From contig JANXYW010000396.1 in the NCBI GenBank assembly GCA_025355835.1, forward strand, positions 1-34,643: DNA of 34,643 nt, given 5' to 3'. The translations under genes were made by a program, and so were the position numbers. Source of the DNA: Chloroflexota bacterium. GTDB taxonomy: Bacteria > Chloroflexota > Dehalococcoidia > DSTF01 > JACRBR01. Below are positions 23,726-32,431 of the stretch, in pieces (the stretch's first letter is position 1; the number at the start of each line of letters is the position of its first letter). The notes beneath the pieces were generated by a model. It saw only the letters and a list, made by a program, of their open reading frames with translations, did not search any database and was not told where the DNA came from.

Positions 23726-24987
23726 TAGTCTTCGAACCTTCGGAATACGAGGCACGCGTTCTGGCCGCCGAAACCGAAGCTGCTCTTCAGCACGACGTTC
23801 ACGTCCACCTGCCGCGCGACATTCGGCACGTAGTCCAGGTCGCAATCGGGGTCCGGGAACTCCTGGTTGATCGTCGGGTGCACCCAGCCGGTGCGAATCG
23901 CCTGCACGCACGCGACCGATTCGATCGCCGCCGACGCGCCCAGCGTGTGGCCGATCAGCGATTTCGTTGCGCTGATCGGGATCTGGTACGCCAACTCGCC
24001 CAGCGCGCGCTTCATCGCGATCGTCTCGCACTTGTCGTTCATCTGCGTCGACGTCGCGTGTGCGTTGATGTGATCCACATCCTCGGGCCGCAACCCCGCG
24101 TCGGCGAGCGCCTGCGTCATGCACATCGCCGTCGTCTCACCGTCTTCAACCGGCACGACAACGTGATGCGCGTCCGATGTGCATCCGTAGCCTGCCAGCT
24201 CGGCCAGGATCGGCGCGCCCCGCCGCTGCGCGTGCTCCAGCGCTTCGACGATGAACACGCCGGCGCCCTCAGCCGAAACAAAGCCGTCGCGCTTCGCATC
24301 GAACGGCCTGCTCGCTCCCTCAGGCGGATCGTTGTTTGTCGAGAGCGCTTTCATCACCTGAAACGATGCCAGTCCCAGTTCCGAAAGCCCCGCCTCAGAC
24401 CCGCCGGTGATCATCACGTCGGCGCGGCCGTGGCGAATCATCTCCAACGCCTCACCCATTGCGTTGCCGGCCGATGCACACGCCGTAGAGATCGTCGCGT
24501 TGTAGCCCTTGGCGCCGTATCGCATCGCGACCTGCGCGGCGGCCATGTTCGGCAGCATCTTCACCATGTAAAAGGGGTCCATGCGCCGCACGCCCCGCTG
24601 CGTGATGTCCTTCACCGCTTTGTCCGTGTCCGGATACCCGCCCATGCCGTTGCCGAACAGGACGCCGACGCGATAGGGGTCCTCGTTGCTGATATCCAAC
24701 CCCGATGTCTCGAACGCCTCACGCGCGGCGGCCAGCGCGAATTGCGAGAATCGCGCCATGCGGCGCGCTTCCTTGCGGTCGATGTACTCCTCCGGGTCGA
24801 AATCCTTCACCTCGCCGGCGATGTGTACGTCGTAGGCCGCCGAATCGACCTGCGTCAGCGGACCGACGCCCGACTTGCCGGCGAGAGCAGCCTTCCAAAA
24901 CGCGTCGACCGTATGACCAAGCGGGTTGATCGTCCCCATGCCGGTAATCACGACGCGTCGCCGTCCGTTGCCGTTGCTGTTTGCCAT
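23725..24987 (-). CDS. fabF: Beta-ketoacyl-ACP synthase II
   Basis: 420 aa ORF with RRVVITGMGTINPLG, the active-site Cys in ISTACASAGNA, and the His motifs HATST and GHTLGASA. Confidence 0.95.
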   Translation of the reverse strand: MANSNGNGRRRVVITGMGTINPLGHTVDAFWKAALAGKSGVGPLTQVDSAAYDVHIAGEVKDFDPEEYIDRKEARRMARFSQFALAAAREAFETSGLDISNEDPYRVGVLFGNGMGGYPDTDKAVKDITQRGVRRMDPFYMVKMLPNMAAAQVAMRYGAKGYNATISTACASAGNAMGEALEMIRHGRADVMITGGSEAGLSELGLASFQVMKALSTNNDPPEGASRPFDAKRDGFVSAEGAGVFIVEALEHAQRRGAPILAELAGYGCTSDAHHVVVPVEDGETTAMCMTQALADAGLRPEDVDHINAHATSTQMNDKCETIAMKRALGELAYQIPISATKSLIGHTLGASAAIESVACVQAIRTGWVHPTINQEFPDPDCDLDYVPNVARQVDVNVVLKSSFGFGGQNACLVFRRFED

Positions 24988-25187
24988 ACCGATGCCCCGT
25001 GTACGCGCGCCATCGCTCGCCGCGCGAGCCCTCGCAGATGCCGATCCGGTCGATGGGAATCCTCACTGATCATAGCTGATTCGCTGGCGCCGAAGTACGG
25101 CGCGCGGCCGCGAAGTCACTTCACGAAATAGTACATTCGGCTCATGCGGAACCATCCGGCGCGCTCGATGGTTTCGTGACGCGGGCC

Positions 25188-26648
25188 TCAGCCAGCGTTC
25201 TCCGATGTACCCGAGCCGCCGCTCGCCAGTCGCATCGCATCCGACGCGATCCCCAGCACGTACTCCCGCACAGCCGCCACAAACGCGATCGATCCGAACG
25301 CCACGACCGCCCCGCGCTCCCCAGCCTGCGCCACGGCCGCCTCATACGCCTGACCCAGATCGCCGAACATCGACACTGGCACATCGTGCGGCCGCAACGC
25401 CGACGCGATATCGCGCGGATCGGCCGCACGCGCACTCGGCCACGACGTAACAAACACCTCGCGCGCAATCGGCGCCACAGCGTCCGCCATCGACGCGATG
25501 TCCTTCCCGGCGAGCGTCCCGAACAACAACGTCGCCTGCGACAACCCGAAATACTCGCGCAGCGCCGCGACCATCCGTTTCGCCGAATCGCCGTTGTGCG
25601 CGCCGTCCACGATGACCAGCGGCTTGTGCCTCAGCACCTCCAGCCGCCCTGGCCACACCATATTCGCAAGCCCCGCGCTGACATGCGCCGCCGTCAGTTC
25701 GATCCTGCATTGCTCCGCGAGCGCCTCGCACGCCACGATCGCTGTCGCCGCATTGTCCAGTTGATGGCGTCCCGCCAGCGGCAACTCCGCATCGTACGTC
25801 GCGCGCGGCGTCTTCAACTTGAACCGCTGCCCCTCCGCCGTCGCCGTCGTGCGCGTCAACTGACAGATCTGCGCCACTTCGATCGGCGTCGCACCGCGCT
25901 CGACCGCAACAGCTCGAAACACATCAAGCGCCGACTCCCGCTGCGGCGCAACCACAACAGCAGCGCCCTCAACAATGATCCCCGCCTTCTGCGCAGCGAT
26001 CGCCGCGATCGTGTCCCCAAGAATCGCCGTATGCTCCAAACTAATCGGCGTCAGCACCACAACATGCCGGGCGGGCTCCCCTTCTCGCGACAACTGACGA
26101 CTGACGACTGACGACTGACGACCATCCCCCGACGACCGACGACCGACGACCGACGACCCACCAAACACATTCGTAGAATCCAACAGTCCGCCAAGCCCCA
26201 CTTCGACGATCTGCACATCGACACCGGCCTCGCGAAACGCGACAAAACTCGCCGCAGTCAACGCATCGAACGCCAAAAACTGCCGCCCCACAAACTGCGG
26301 CCCGACCGCATCGATCGCCTCACGCACAAGCGTCATCGCCGCGGCGAAGCCATCGCTATCGATCGCCTGCCCCGCAACGCGGATCCGTTCGTTGTATCGA
26401 TGCAGATGCGGACTGATGTAGTAACCGGTGCGCATGCCGGCCGCGCCCAGCACACCCTCGATCATCGCGCCGGTGCTGCCCTTGCCCTTCGACCCGGCGA
26501 TGTGCACCGTCGGCCGCTCGCGATGCGGCTCGCCCAGCTCGGAGAGCAGCGCCAGCATCGGCGCAACATCCGGTCGCGACGCAAAATCGCCCGTCCGCTC
26601 AAAATCAGGCAGCGTCAGCAACCACCGAAGCGACTCGTCGTAGTTCAC
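25188..26648 (-). CDS. folC: Bifunctional folylpolyglutamate synthase / dihydrofolate synthase
   Basis: 486 aa ORF with the P-loop IAGSKGKGSTG and the Mur-ligase central motifs EVGLGGLLDSTNV and LTPISLEHT. It carries a repeat-encoded insertion between these motifs. Confidence 0.9.
   Translation of the reverse strand: MNYDESLRWLLTLPDFERTGDFASRPDVAPMLALLSELGEPHRERPTVHIAGSKGKGSTGAMIEGVLGAAGMRTGYYISPHLHRYNERIRVAGQAIDSDGFAAAMTLVREAIDAVGPQFVGRQFLAFDALTAASFVAFREAGVDVQIVEVGLGGLLDSTNVFGGSSVVGRRSSGDGRQSSVVSRQLSREGEPARHVVVLTPISLEHTAILGDTIAAIAAQKAGIIVEGAAVVVAPQRESALDVFRAVAVERGATPIEVAQICQLTRTTATAEGQRFKLKTPRATYDAELPLAGRHQLDNAATAIVACEALAEQCRIELTAAHVSAGLANMVWPGRLEVLRHKPLVIVDGAHNGDSAKRMVAALREYFGLSQATLLFGTLAGKDIASMADAVAPIAREVFVTSWPSARAADPRDIASALRPHDVPVSMFGDLGQAYEAAVAQAGERGAVVAFGSIAFVAAVREYVLGIASDAMRLASGGSGTSENAG
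26094..26156. repeat. Nine tandem heptamers (63 nt) inside folC
   Basis: The block is (CTGACGA)x4 at 26094-26121, ccatccc at 26122-26128, then (CCGACGA)x4 at 26129-26156. On the coding strand it is translated as SSVVGRRSSGDGRQSSVVSRQ. Confidence 0.9.
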
Positions 26649-26663
26649 AGGAAGATCGTACCG

Positions 26664-26690
26664 TGTAGGGGCCGGGCTCGCCCCGCCCGC
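26664..26690. repeat. Short GC-rich palindromic element in the folC upstream spacer
   Basis: tgtaggggccgggctcgccccgcccgc, with a GGGGC...GCCCC stem. Only one copy occurs in this window. Confidence 0.35.
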
Positions 26691-26699
26691 TGCCGCGAA

Positions 26700-27275
26700 C
26701 TACGAACCCCGCGAGTTGTCGACGATTCCGTCCGTCCACACTCGCGCCATGATCTTGTCGACCGTCTCGCCCGCCGTTTGGCCGGAGCTATCAATCCATA
26801 GGCCGATTCGCTGCGTCCCTGTACGGATTTCGTCGTCCATCCAGCCCCACTGCTCATGCAGCCGCGTGCCACGCCCGGCTTCGCGTTGTCGCACCACATC
26901 CAGACCGGGCGTGAGCATCACGAACATGAACGGCCGCGCGCCAACCTCTTCGAGAAGGTGCGGCACTCGATCGCCAATGATGATCTCGTCGAGTACGACG
27001 GTGAACCCGGCCTCGAAGAACGACGCTCCTAGCAAGCACATGTTGTGTAGGCGAAGCCGGAGCTGTACGTCGGCCTCACCCTCCGACCCGCGCTGCGATT
27101 TCCACCTTGCGCCGGACACGATCAATCGTTGCAGATCGTCCGTCGGAATGTGTACGCCGCGCGCGAATCGCCGCGCCAGCAACGCCGCCACGGTCGTCTT
27201 GCCGGCGCCCTGCATGCCCGACACGACGATGAATGCGCGCCGTGGATCCAAAGCAGCCGGTGCATCGTCCGACAT
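26700..27275 (-). CDS. P-loop NTPase, small-molecule kinase-like (AAA_33 / chloramphenicol-phosphotransferase-like)
   Basis: I trimmed the start to the ATG at 27275 (MSDDAPA...). It has the Walker A motif SGMQGAGKTT and is about 190 aa. It starts 5 nt after the stop of the upstream gene. Confidence 0.55.
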   Translation of the reverse strand: MSDDAPAALDPRRAFIVVSGMQGAGKTTVAALLARRFARGVHIPTDDLQRLIVSGARWKSQRGSEGEADVQLRLRLHNMCLLGASFFEAGFTVVLDEIIIGDRVPHLLEEVGARPFMFVMLTPGLDVVRQREAGRGTRLHEQWGWMDDEIRTGTQRIGLWIDSSGQTAGETVDKIMARVWTDGIVDNSRGS

Positions 27276-27280
27276 CGTGC

Positions 27281-28396
27281 TCACCCGCCACCCGCCGCCG
27301 ATCGCGCCACGTACGGCCGCCGCGCCGCCGCCGCCCACAGCGCCCACGCCGGCTTCTCGCTGCCATCATCGCGCAACAACCCGATGTGCTGGAATACGCT
27401 GAACGGCGTATCCTTCGCGTATGCAGGATCCCACCCCGCGAACCAGATCACGAACGGCATTCCAAGGTTCTGCGCTTCGACCAGCGCGCGGGTAAGAAAC
27501 GCCGACTGCTCCGCTTCGCTTCCGTTGTTGATCCCCTGCGCGCCCGACGCCGACGAGTACCCCATCTCGGCGATCACGATCGGCTTCTCCGTGAACCCGC
27601 GCAGTTGGCTGTAGTAGTTCGACGGGATATCGTTCGACTTCGCGAACGCGAAGCTGGGGTAGGTGCTGATCGCCGCGACATCCATTTTCGCGTCAAATGC
27701 CTTCACCAACTGCCACGCCGGGAAGTGCTGATCCTCCGTCGGCAGCCGACCCTGAAGATCTTCGTACTGCCACGTCACCGTCACCTGCGTGTCAGGCGAC
27801 GCTTCCTTCACGCGGTCGTACGCCTCGAAGTACAGCGACTCAAAGTTGTCGAAGTCCGCCTTGTTCTTCTGGCTGTACAGGTTCATCTCGACGCCCAACG
27901 CCATGTACGCCGGGTGATAGTTAATCGCCACGTAGTGCGCGTACGTCAGGAACGCCGACCGTACGTCGCCGTCGCTGAAGTCTTTACCAGTCATGGATGA
28001 TGGCAGCCCCGCGAGCCGATCGCGCCCCGTAGCGCCATCCGTCGGATCGATCGCGAAGAACAGCCGCAGATGCTTGCTGTCGACCGCATCCCTCTCCGAC
28101 GCCGTCGTCTTCGCCGTCCCTTCGCTGATATCCGCGCCCGGCACGAAGTCGGCCCACGGCGGCGTGCGTTGGATCAGCACCATCTCGCCCGTCTTCGCGG
28201 CGAGCTCAAACGTATCGCTGTACGACTTGCCGTTCAGCTCTCGCGGCAGCGTGCTGATCCCCATCATGAACGACCGCTCCGGCCCGCTCGTCGCGCCGCC
28301 ATGCGTGCCCGACCCGTTCCCGCACGCCGACAGCGCCAGCGCCGCGCAGATCGCTGCGGCGATCGCCATTCGTCGAGAGAAAGTGTCACCCAACAT
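27281..28396 (-). CDS. Lipoprotein, possible clan GH-A TIM-barrel glycoside hydrolase-like
   Basis: It has a signal peptide with a lipobox (AICAALALSACG). GVEMN and IVIAEMGYS resemble the acid/base and nucleophile Glu contexts of clan GH-A enzymes. The start is uncertain: 28396 or 28408. Confidence 0.45.
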   Translation of the reverse strand: MLGDTFSRRMAIAAAICAALALSACGNGSGTHGGATSGPERSFMMGISTLPRELNGKSYSDTFELAAKTGEMVLIQRTPPWADFVPGADISEGTAKTTASERDAVDSKHLRLFFAIDPTDGATGRDRLAGLPSSMTGKDFSDGDVRSAFLTYAHYVAINYHPAYMALGVEMNLYSQKNKADFDNFESLYFEAYDRVKEASPDTQVTVTWQYEDLQGRLPTEDQHFPAWQLVKAFDAKMDVAAISTYPSFAFAKSNDIPSNYYSQLRGFTEKPIVIAEMGYSSASGAQGINNGSEAEQSAFLTRALVEAQNLGMPFVIWFAGWDPAYAKDTPFSVFQHIGLLRDDGSEKPAWALWAAAARRPYVARSAAGGG

Positions 28397-28550
28397 CGCC
28401 CTCCACAAACCCGCGGGATTGTAGCGGATCGATGTTGCGATAGTTCAGGCGACGTTTCCGACGCCTAACCTACGAACTCCCCTCGGAGAACGCATGGGCC
28501 TGTTGCCGAACTCAACCGCCGAGCCGCGCACAAAGTCTCCGCGTGGTCTG

Positions 28551-29921
28551 TCAACCGCCCCAGGCCAAAGGGAAGAACCTCTTGAGCTTCCCTGTCGATT
28601 GGCGGTCGAAGCCATTCACTACGTCGACCGTCACCGCAGGGTCCCGTAGTCCCAGATGGGCCAGCTCGCGTTCGATTGCATCACGAATCGCCGCGGTGTG
28701 GACTTTACCGTCCGCGCGGAGCGCGATGGCGGCGCCGCGCGCCGTCTGCCGTACTTGGTACTCCATGACGTGTCGTTCGCGTCCGAGCAGTGAGCGGAAG
28801 CTCAACGGATGCACGATGACACCGCCGTCGTAGACGAACATATCGTCCGCGCGTCCTTCAATGTCATCGATGCGGCGCAACTTCGAGCCGCACGGGCACG
28901 GCTCGTCGATCAGCGTCACTTCATCTGTTAATTCGTATCGGATGAGCGGCTGTGCGTGGTTCAAGAGCGGCGTCACATAGAGCTTCGCCGCGCGCTGCCC
29001 GGCCGGCACGGGACGACCCTCGTTGTCCACCGGCTCGAAAATGCAGAGGTCTTCGTTCAAGTGCATACCGCGACCCTGGCCGCATGAGCCAGCTGTGGCG
29101 CCCTCCGACGTCGCGTAGGTGTTGAGCACGGGACAGGCCCACGTCGCCTCGATCGCGGCGCGCATCTCCGGCAGCAATGGCTCACTCGCAACTCCGATAA
29201 GACGTGGCGCGATCCGGAGGCGGCCAGCATCCGCCTCACTCGCGAGAATCATCATCATCGATGGGTATCCGGTGAGCATGACCGGCTGCAGCTCGTTAAG
29301 CCTCACGACGATGTCGTCGACCGGGAGCGTCGCGGGAACGTTGACTACGCCGCTTCCGCTACCGAACGTCTGCGCCAGGGCGTAGCTCATGTGCGATGCC
29401 TTGCCGCCAGCGATGACGGCGCGCACAGGCTTCAGGCCGATCTGAGGATCAGCGAGCTGTGCGCGCACTCGGAGTCGGGAAAACGTGAGAAAGAAGAGCA
29501 GCCACCCTTCCCAGCCATAGACAAACACCCCGCGCGTTCCACTGGAGCCGCCCGAGGCTGCGACGTGGTACTCGTCCAGAAGGTACGCATCACCTTCCAG
29601 GCGGTCGAGGTGCGCTTCGACAGATGCGCGTGAAAGACGGCGATCCGTCAGGATCGCGTCGAAGTTGCGCATAAGGTCTTCCTTGGTCATCGGCGGAATC
29701 GATGGCAGATCCGCCTCCGTGACGCGCTCGGGATCCAAGTGCGCGAGCCGAGCGCGGTGCCACGGCGAGCGTTCCTTGGCCGCGGAGATGATCGCGCGCA
29801 GCCGTCGCTCTCGCTCGGCGCGCAACTGTTCCTCGGACCAGTTAATGCGCGCCAGGTGGTCGTTCAGTAGCGCCTGGTACTGCTCGGCGTGCCGCGCCCG
29901 CAGAGCTTCGTAATCAGCCAT
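28551..29921 (-). CDS. Phenylacetate-CoA ligase / coenzyme F390 synthetase-like adenylate-forming enzyme
   Basis: I trimmed the start to the ATG at 29921 (MADYEAL...). It has the AMP-binding-like motif ASGGSSGTRG and PaaK-family length and architecture. The codon usage looks less GC3-biased than that of its neighbours. Confidence 0.65.
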   Translation of the reverse strand: MADYEALRARHAEQYQALLNDHLARINWSEEQLRAERERRLRAIISAAKERSPWHRARLAHLDPERVTEADLPSIPPMTKEDLMRNFDAILTDRRLSRASVEAHLDRLEGDAYLLDEYHVAASGGSSGTRGVFVYGWEGWLLFFLTFSRLRVRAQLADPQIGLKPVRAVIAGGKASHMSYALAQTFGSGSGVVNVPATLPVDDIVVRLNELQPVMLTGYPSMMMILASEADAGRLRIAPRLIGVASEPLLPEMRAAIEATWACPVLNTYATSEGATAGSCGQGRGMHLNEDLCIFEPVDNEGRPVPAGQRAAKLYVTPLLNHAQPLIRYELTDEVTLIDEPCPCGSKLRRIDDIEGRADDMFVYDGGVIVHPLSFRSLLGRERHVMEYQVRQTARGAAIALRADGKVHTAAIRDAIERELAHLGLRDPAVTVDVVNGFDRQSTGKLKRFFPLAWGG

Positions 29922-29957
29922 CGCGCTAATGTACATCGCGTGCAACGCCGAAGCCAT

Positions 29958-30007
29958 CCACTACGAACTACAAAACTACAAACTGCCCACTGTGAATTGT
30001 GAACTAC
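29958..30007. repeat. About seven degenerate heptamers of (A/G)AACTAC type between the ThDP enzyme gene and the ligase gene
   Basis: ccactac gaactac aaaactac aaactgc ccactgt gaattgt gaactac. The real stop codon at 30004-30006 lies in the last unit. CTA occurs at 29961, 29968 and 29976. Confidence 0.6.
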
Positions 30008-31659
30008 CTCGTCAACCACCCGAACTCCTGCGCCTTCCGCTGCGCCTGCGCGTTGATCATGATGTTCACGACGTTCGGCTTGCCGCTCGCGAACGCCTTC
30101 TCCAGCGTCGGCCGCAGCTGATCCGGCGTCTCGACGAAGTAGCCATCGCCGCCGAACGCCTCGATCACCTTCTCGTACCGCGCTTGCGGCAGCAACGCCA
30201 TCGGCAGCAGCGGACGCGATCGGTCAATCGTGCTCGGTCCGCCGCTTATGCCGTTGTTGTTGAGAATGATGAACGTGATCGGCATCCCGTACCGACACGC
30301 CACCTCCACCTCCATGCCGCTAAACCCGAACGCCGAGTCGCCCTCGACGGCCACCACGCGCGCGCCCGGATTCACCGCCTGCGCCGCGATCGCGAACGAA
30401 AGCCCAACGCCCATCGTTCCAAAGCTCCCCGCATCGAGCCGGTGACGGGGCAGGAAGTTCGGCAGCACCGTGCGGCCGATGTCCATCGTGTTCGCGCCCT
30501 CGCTTGCGATGATCGCGTCGCGCGGCAGGATGTCACGGATCTCGCGCAGCACGCGATAGTAGTTCATCGGCACGCTGTCATCGTCGAACTGCGCCTGCGT
30601 CGTCGCCTGGTTGTCAGCGATCTTCTTCGCGATGCCGGTGCGCCACGTGTTCTCGGTCGCAAACTGCCACGGCTCCTCGCGCAGCACGCCGTTGAGCTGC
30701 CCCGTCACTGCCTTCGCGTCGCCGACCAGCGCCACCTCAGTCGGCACATTCGTACCGATCTCCTCAGCAGCGATATCCATCTGGATCACGCGCACATTCG
30801 CGTTGAAGCGCGGCGGCATGCCGAAGTGCAAAATCCAGTTCAACCGAGCGCCCATCAACAGCACAACGTCCGCGTTCTGCAATGCGAACGACCGCGCCGC
30901 ACCCACCGACAGCGGGTGATCGTCGGGCATCATACCCTTCCCCATCGGCGTCGCCAGGAACGGCAGCTGCGTCGATTCGATGAACGCCCGCACCTCGTCC
31001 TCGGCCCGCGCGTACGCCGCACCCTTGCCGACGATGACCAAGGGTCGCTCGGCCGACTTCAGCGCCGCCATAGCCGCCTCGACCGCAACGGGATCCGCGA
31101 ACGATCGTGGCGCATCCGGCACGCGCGGCCGCTGCGGCGCCGATGCTTCGTCCACTTTGCCGCCGATGACATCCGCTGGCAGATCGAGATACACCGGCCC
31201 CGGCCGCCCGTAAATCGACGTCCGCACCGCTTGCTCGACGAAATATGGGATGCGGTCGACGCGGTCGACCTCCGCCGCGTATTTGCACCACGGCCGCGCC
31301 GCATCGACCTGCGGCGCCTCCTGGAACGCGCCCATGCCGTGCTGCGAAATGTCCGACGCGCCGCCGAGCAGGATCATCGGCCAGCGATTCGACCACGCGT
31401 TCGCCAGCCCCGAGATCGCGTTCGTCATCCCCGGCCCCGAAACCGCCAGGCACGCGCCCGGCCGCCCCGTCAGATACCCGACCGCCTGCGCCGCGTACGA
31501 CGCCGACTGCTCGTGCCGCATCCCGAAGTACTGGATGCCCTCACGCTGCGCCGCAAACGCAATCGGCACCACCGGCACGCCCACGATGCCGAACATGTAC
31601 TCGACCCCGTGCCGCTTCAAACTCCGCGCAATCAGCGTCGCGCCATCAACCTCTGCCAT
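30004..31659 (-). CDS. Thiamine-diphosphate enzyme, oxalyl-CoA decarboxylase / 2-hydroxyacyl-CoA lyase-like
   Basis: 551 aa ORF. The N-terminus is GVEYMFGIVGVPV...GMRHEQSASYAAQA.GYLTGRPGACLAVSGPGMTN and the ThDP-binding motif is GDSAFGFSGMEVE...NN. An AAGGAG site lies 8 nt upstream of the start. Confidence 0.8.
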   Translation of the reverse strand: MAEVDGATLIARSLKRHGVEYMFGIVGVPVVPIAFAAQREGIQYFGMRHEQSASYAAQAVGYLTGRPGACLAVSGPGMTNAISGLANAWSNRWPMILLGGASDISQHGMGAFQEAPQVDAARPWCKYAAEVDRVDRIPYFVEQAVRTSIYGRPGPVYLDLPADVIGGKVDEASAPQRPRVPDAPRSFADPVAVEAAMAALKSAERPLVIVGKGAAYARAEDEVRAFIESTQLPFLATPMGKGMMPDDHPLSVGAARSFALQNADVVLLMGARLNWILHFGMPPRFNANVRVIQMDIAAEEIGTNVPTEVALVGDAKAVTGQLNGVLREEPWQFATENTWRTGIAKKIADNQATTQAQFDDDSVPMNYYRVLREIRDILPRDAIIASEGANTMDIGRTVLPNFLPRHRLDAGSFGTMGVGLSFAIAAQAVNPGARVVAVEGDSAFGFSGMEVEVACRYGMPITFIILNNNGISGGPSTIDRSRPLLPMALLPQARYEKVIEAFGGDGYFVETPDQLRPTLEKAFASGKPNVVNIMINAQAQRKAQEFGWLTR

Positions 31660-31718
31660 CGTGTGTGCTCCTTGAACTAGTTTGGTTCAGGGAGTGTAGG
31701 AGAGGATGACCGTAGGTT

Positions 31719-32138
31719 CTATCGAGCGACGTCGAGAAGTTCGAGAAACGCAGCCGCGCGAACCGTCCGTGCGCCTTCGTACTCCGCAATCGCTAGGACA
31801 TCTTCGTCCTCGCTGACGATGTAGTCGGCGCTGCCCGCCGCAGCGCACGCGAAATAGATGTCGTCGTTCGCGTCGCGACAGACTGGCGCCACGACGTCAG
31901 GGTCTACATTTTCCGATTCGTCTAGCAGCGAAAGCACGACCGCTGTGTCCGCCGTTCCTGCCCAACGAGAGAGTCGCTCGTGAAGCTCCGGCCGCTCGAT
32001 AACCCCGACGATCTCGCTCCTGATATCCGGCGAAGTCAGGATCGTAAACTCGTTGGCTCTCGCAACGACTTGACCCCAGACGCTACGTCGATTCATGAGC
32101 GCCCGGACGAAGATCACCGCGTCGAGGACTACTCTCAA
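31719..32138 (-). CDS. PIN-domain toxin (TIGR00305-like)
   Basis: 139 aa ORF with conserved acidic residues (VVLDAVIF..., DANDDIYF, VSEDEDV). It overlaps the upstream antitoxin gene by ATGA. Confidence 0.8.
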   Translation of the reverse strand: MRVVLDAVIFVRALMNRRSVWGQVVARANEFTILTSPDIRSEIVGVIERPELHERLSRWAGTADTAVVLSLLDESENVDPDVVAPVCRDANDDIYFACAAAGSADYIVSEDEDVLAIAEYEGARTVRAAAFLELLDVAR

Positions 32139-32431
32139 TGCTTCTTGTCTGCGCGATACGCCCGAAGAGCCTCGTCGATGGCATCGTTGATTTCCTGCTC
32201 GGAGTAATCCTTGAGACTCTCTCGGGCCGGGGCAAAAGCCTCATAAAGCTTGACGGCCCATGGTGACCCCGAGCCCGTAGTCGTGGGGGTCACGCTGGCG
32301 ATTTCCAGCTTTCCGTCGTGGAGCGTCACAGCAAGCATGTCGTCGCTGCCGAGATGCAGCGCCTCGCGGAACTCCTTGGGAATGGTGATCTGGCCGTTGC
32401 GAAGCTGCCGTACGATACGTGTCTTTGCCAT
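32135..32431 (-). CDS. AbrB/MazE/SpoVT-family antitoxin
   Basis: 98 aa ORF with a SpoVT-AbrB swapped-hairpin motif (RQLRNGQITIPKEFREALHLGSDDML). It lies directly upstream of the PIN gene. Confidence 0.8.
   Translation of the reverse strand: MAKTRIVRQLRNGQITIPKEFREALHLGSDDMLAVTLHDGKLEIASVTPTTTGSGSPWAVKLYEAFAPARESLKDYSEQEINDAIDEALRAYRADKKH

Noticed and set aside
23726-24124. Extension of the galE-like ORF into fabF (ORF-track 22802-24124)
   Set aside because: The extension overlaps fabF coding sequence out of frame and translates to Arg-rich sequence. The Rossmann motif GGAGFIGS follows immediately after the GTG at 23725.
24988-25187. Expected acpP or another fab gene upstream of fabF
   Set aside because: No ORF with an ACP-like DSL motif is present. 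The only listed ORF nearby (25142-25468, minus strand) is an Arg-rich shadow overlapping the folC 3-prime end.
26094-26156. folC as a pseudogene disrupted by a microsatellite
   Set aside because: The block is exactly 63 nt, so the reading frame stays open. Conserved FolC motifs are intact and in-frame on both sides, and the coding-strand orientation of the units contains no stop codons.
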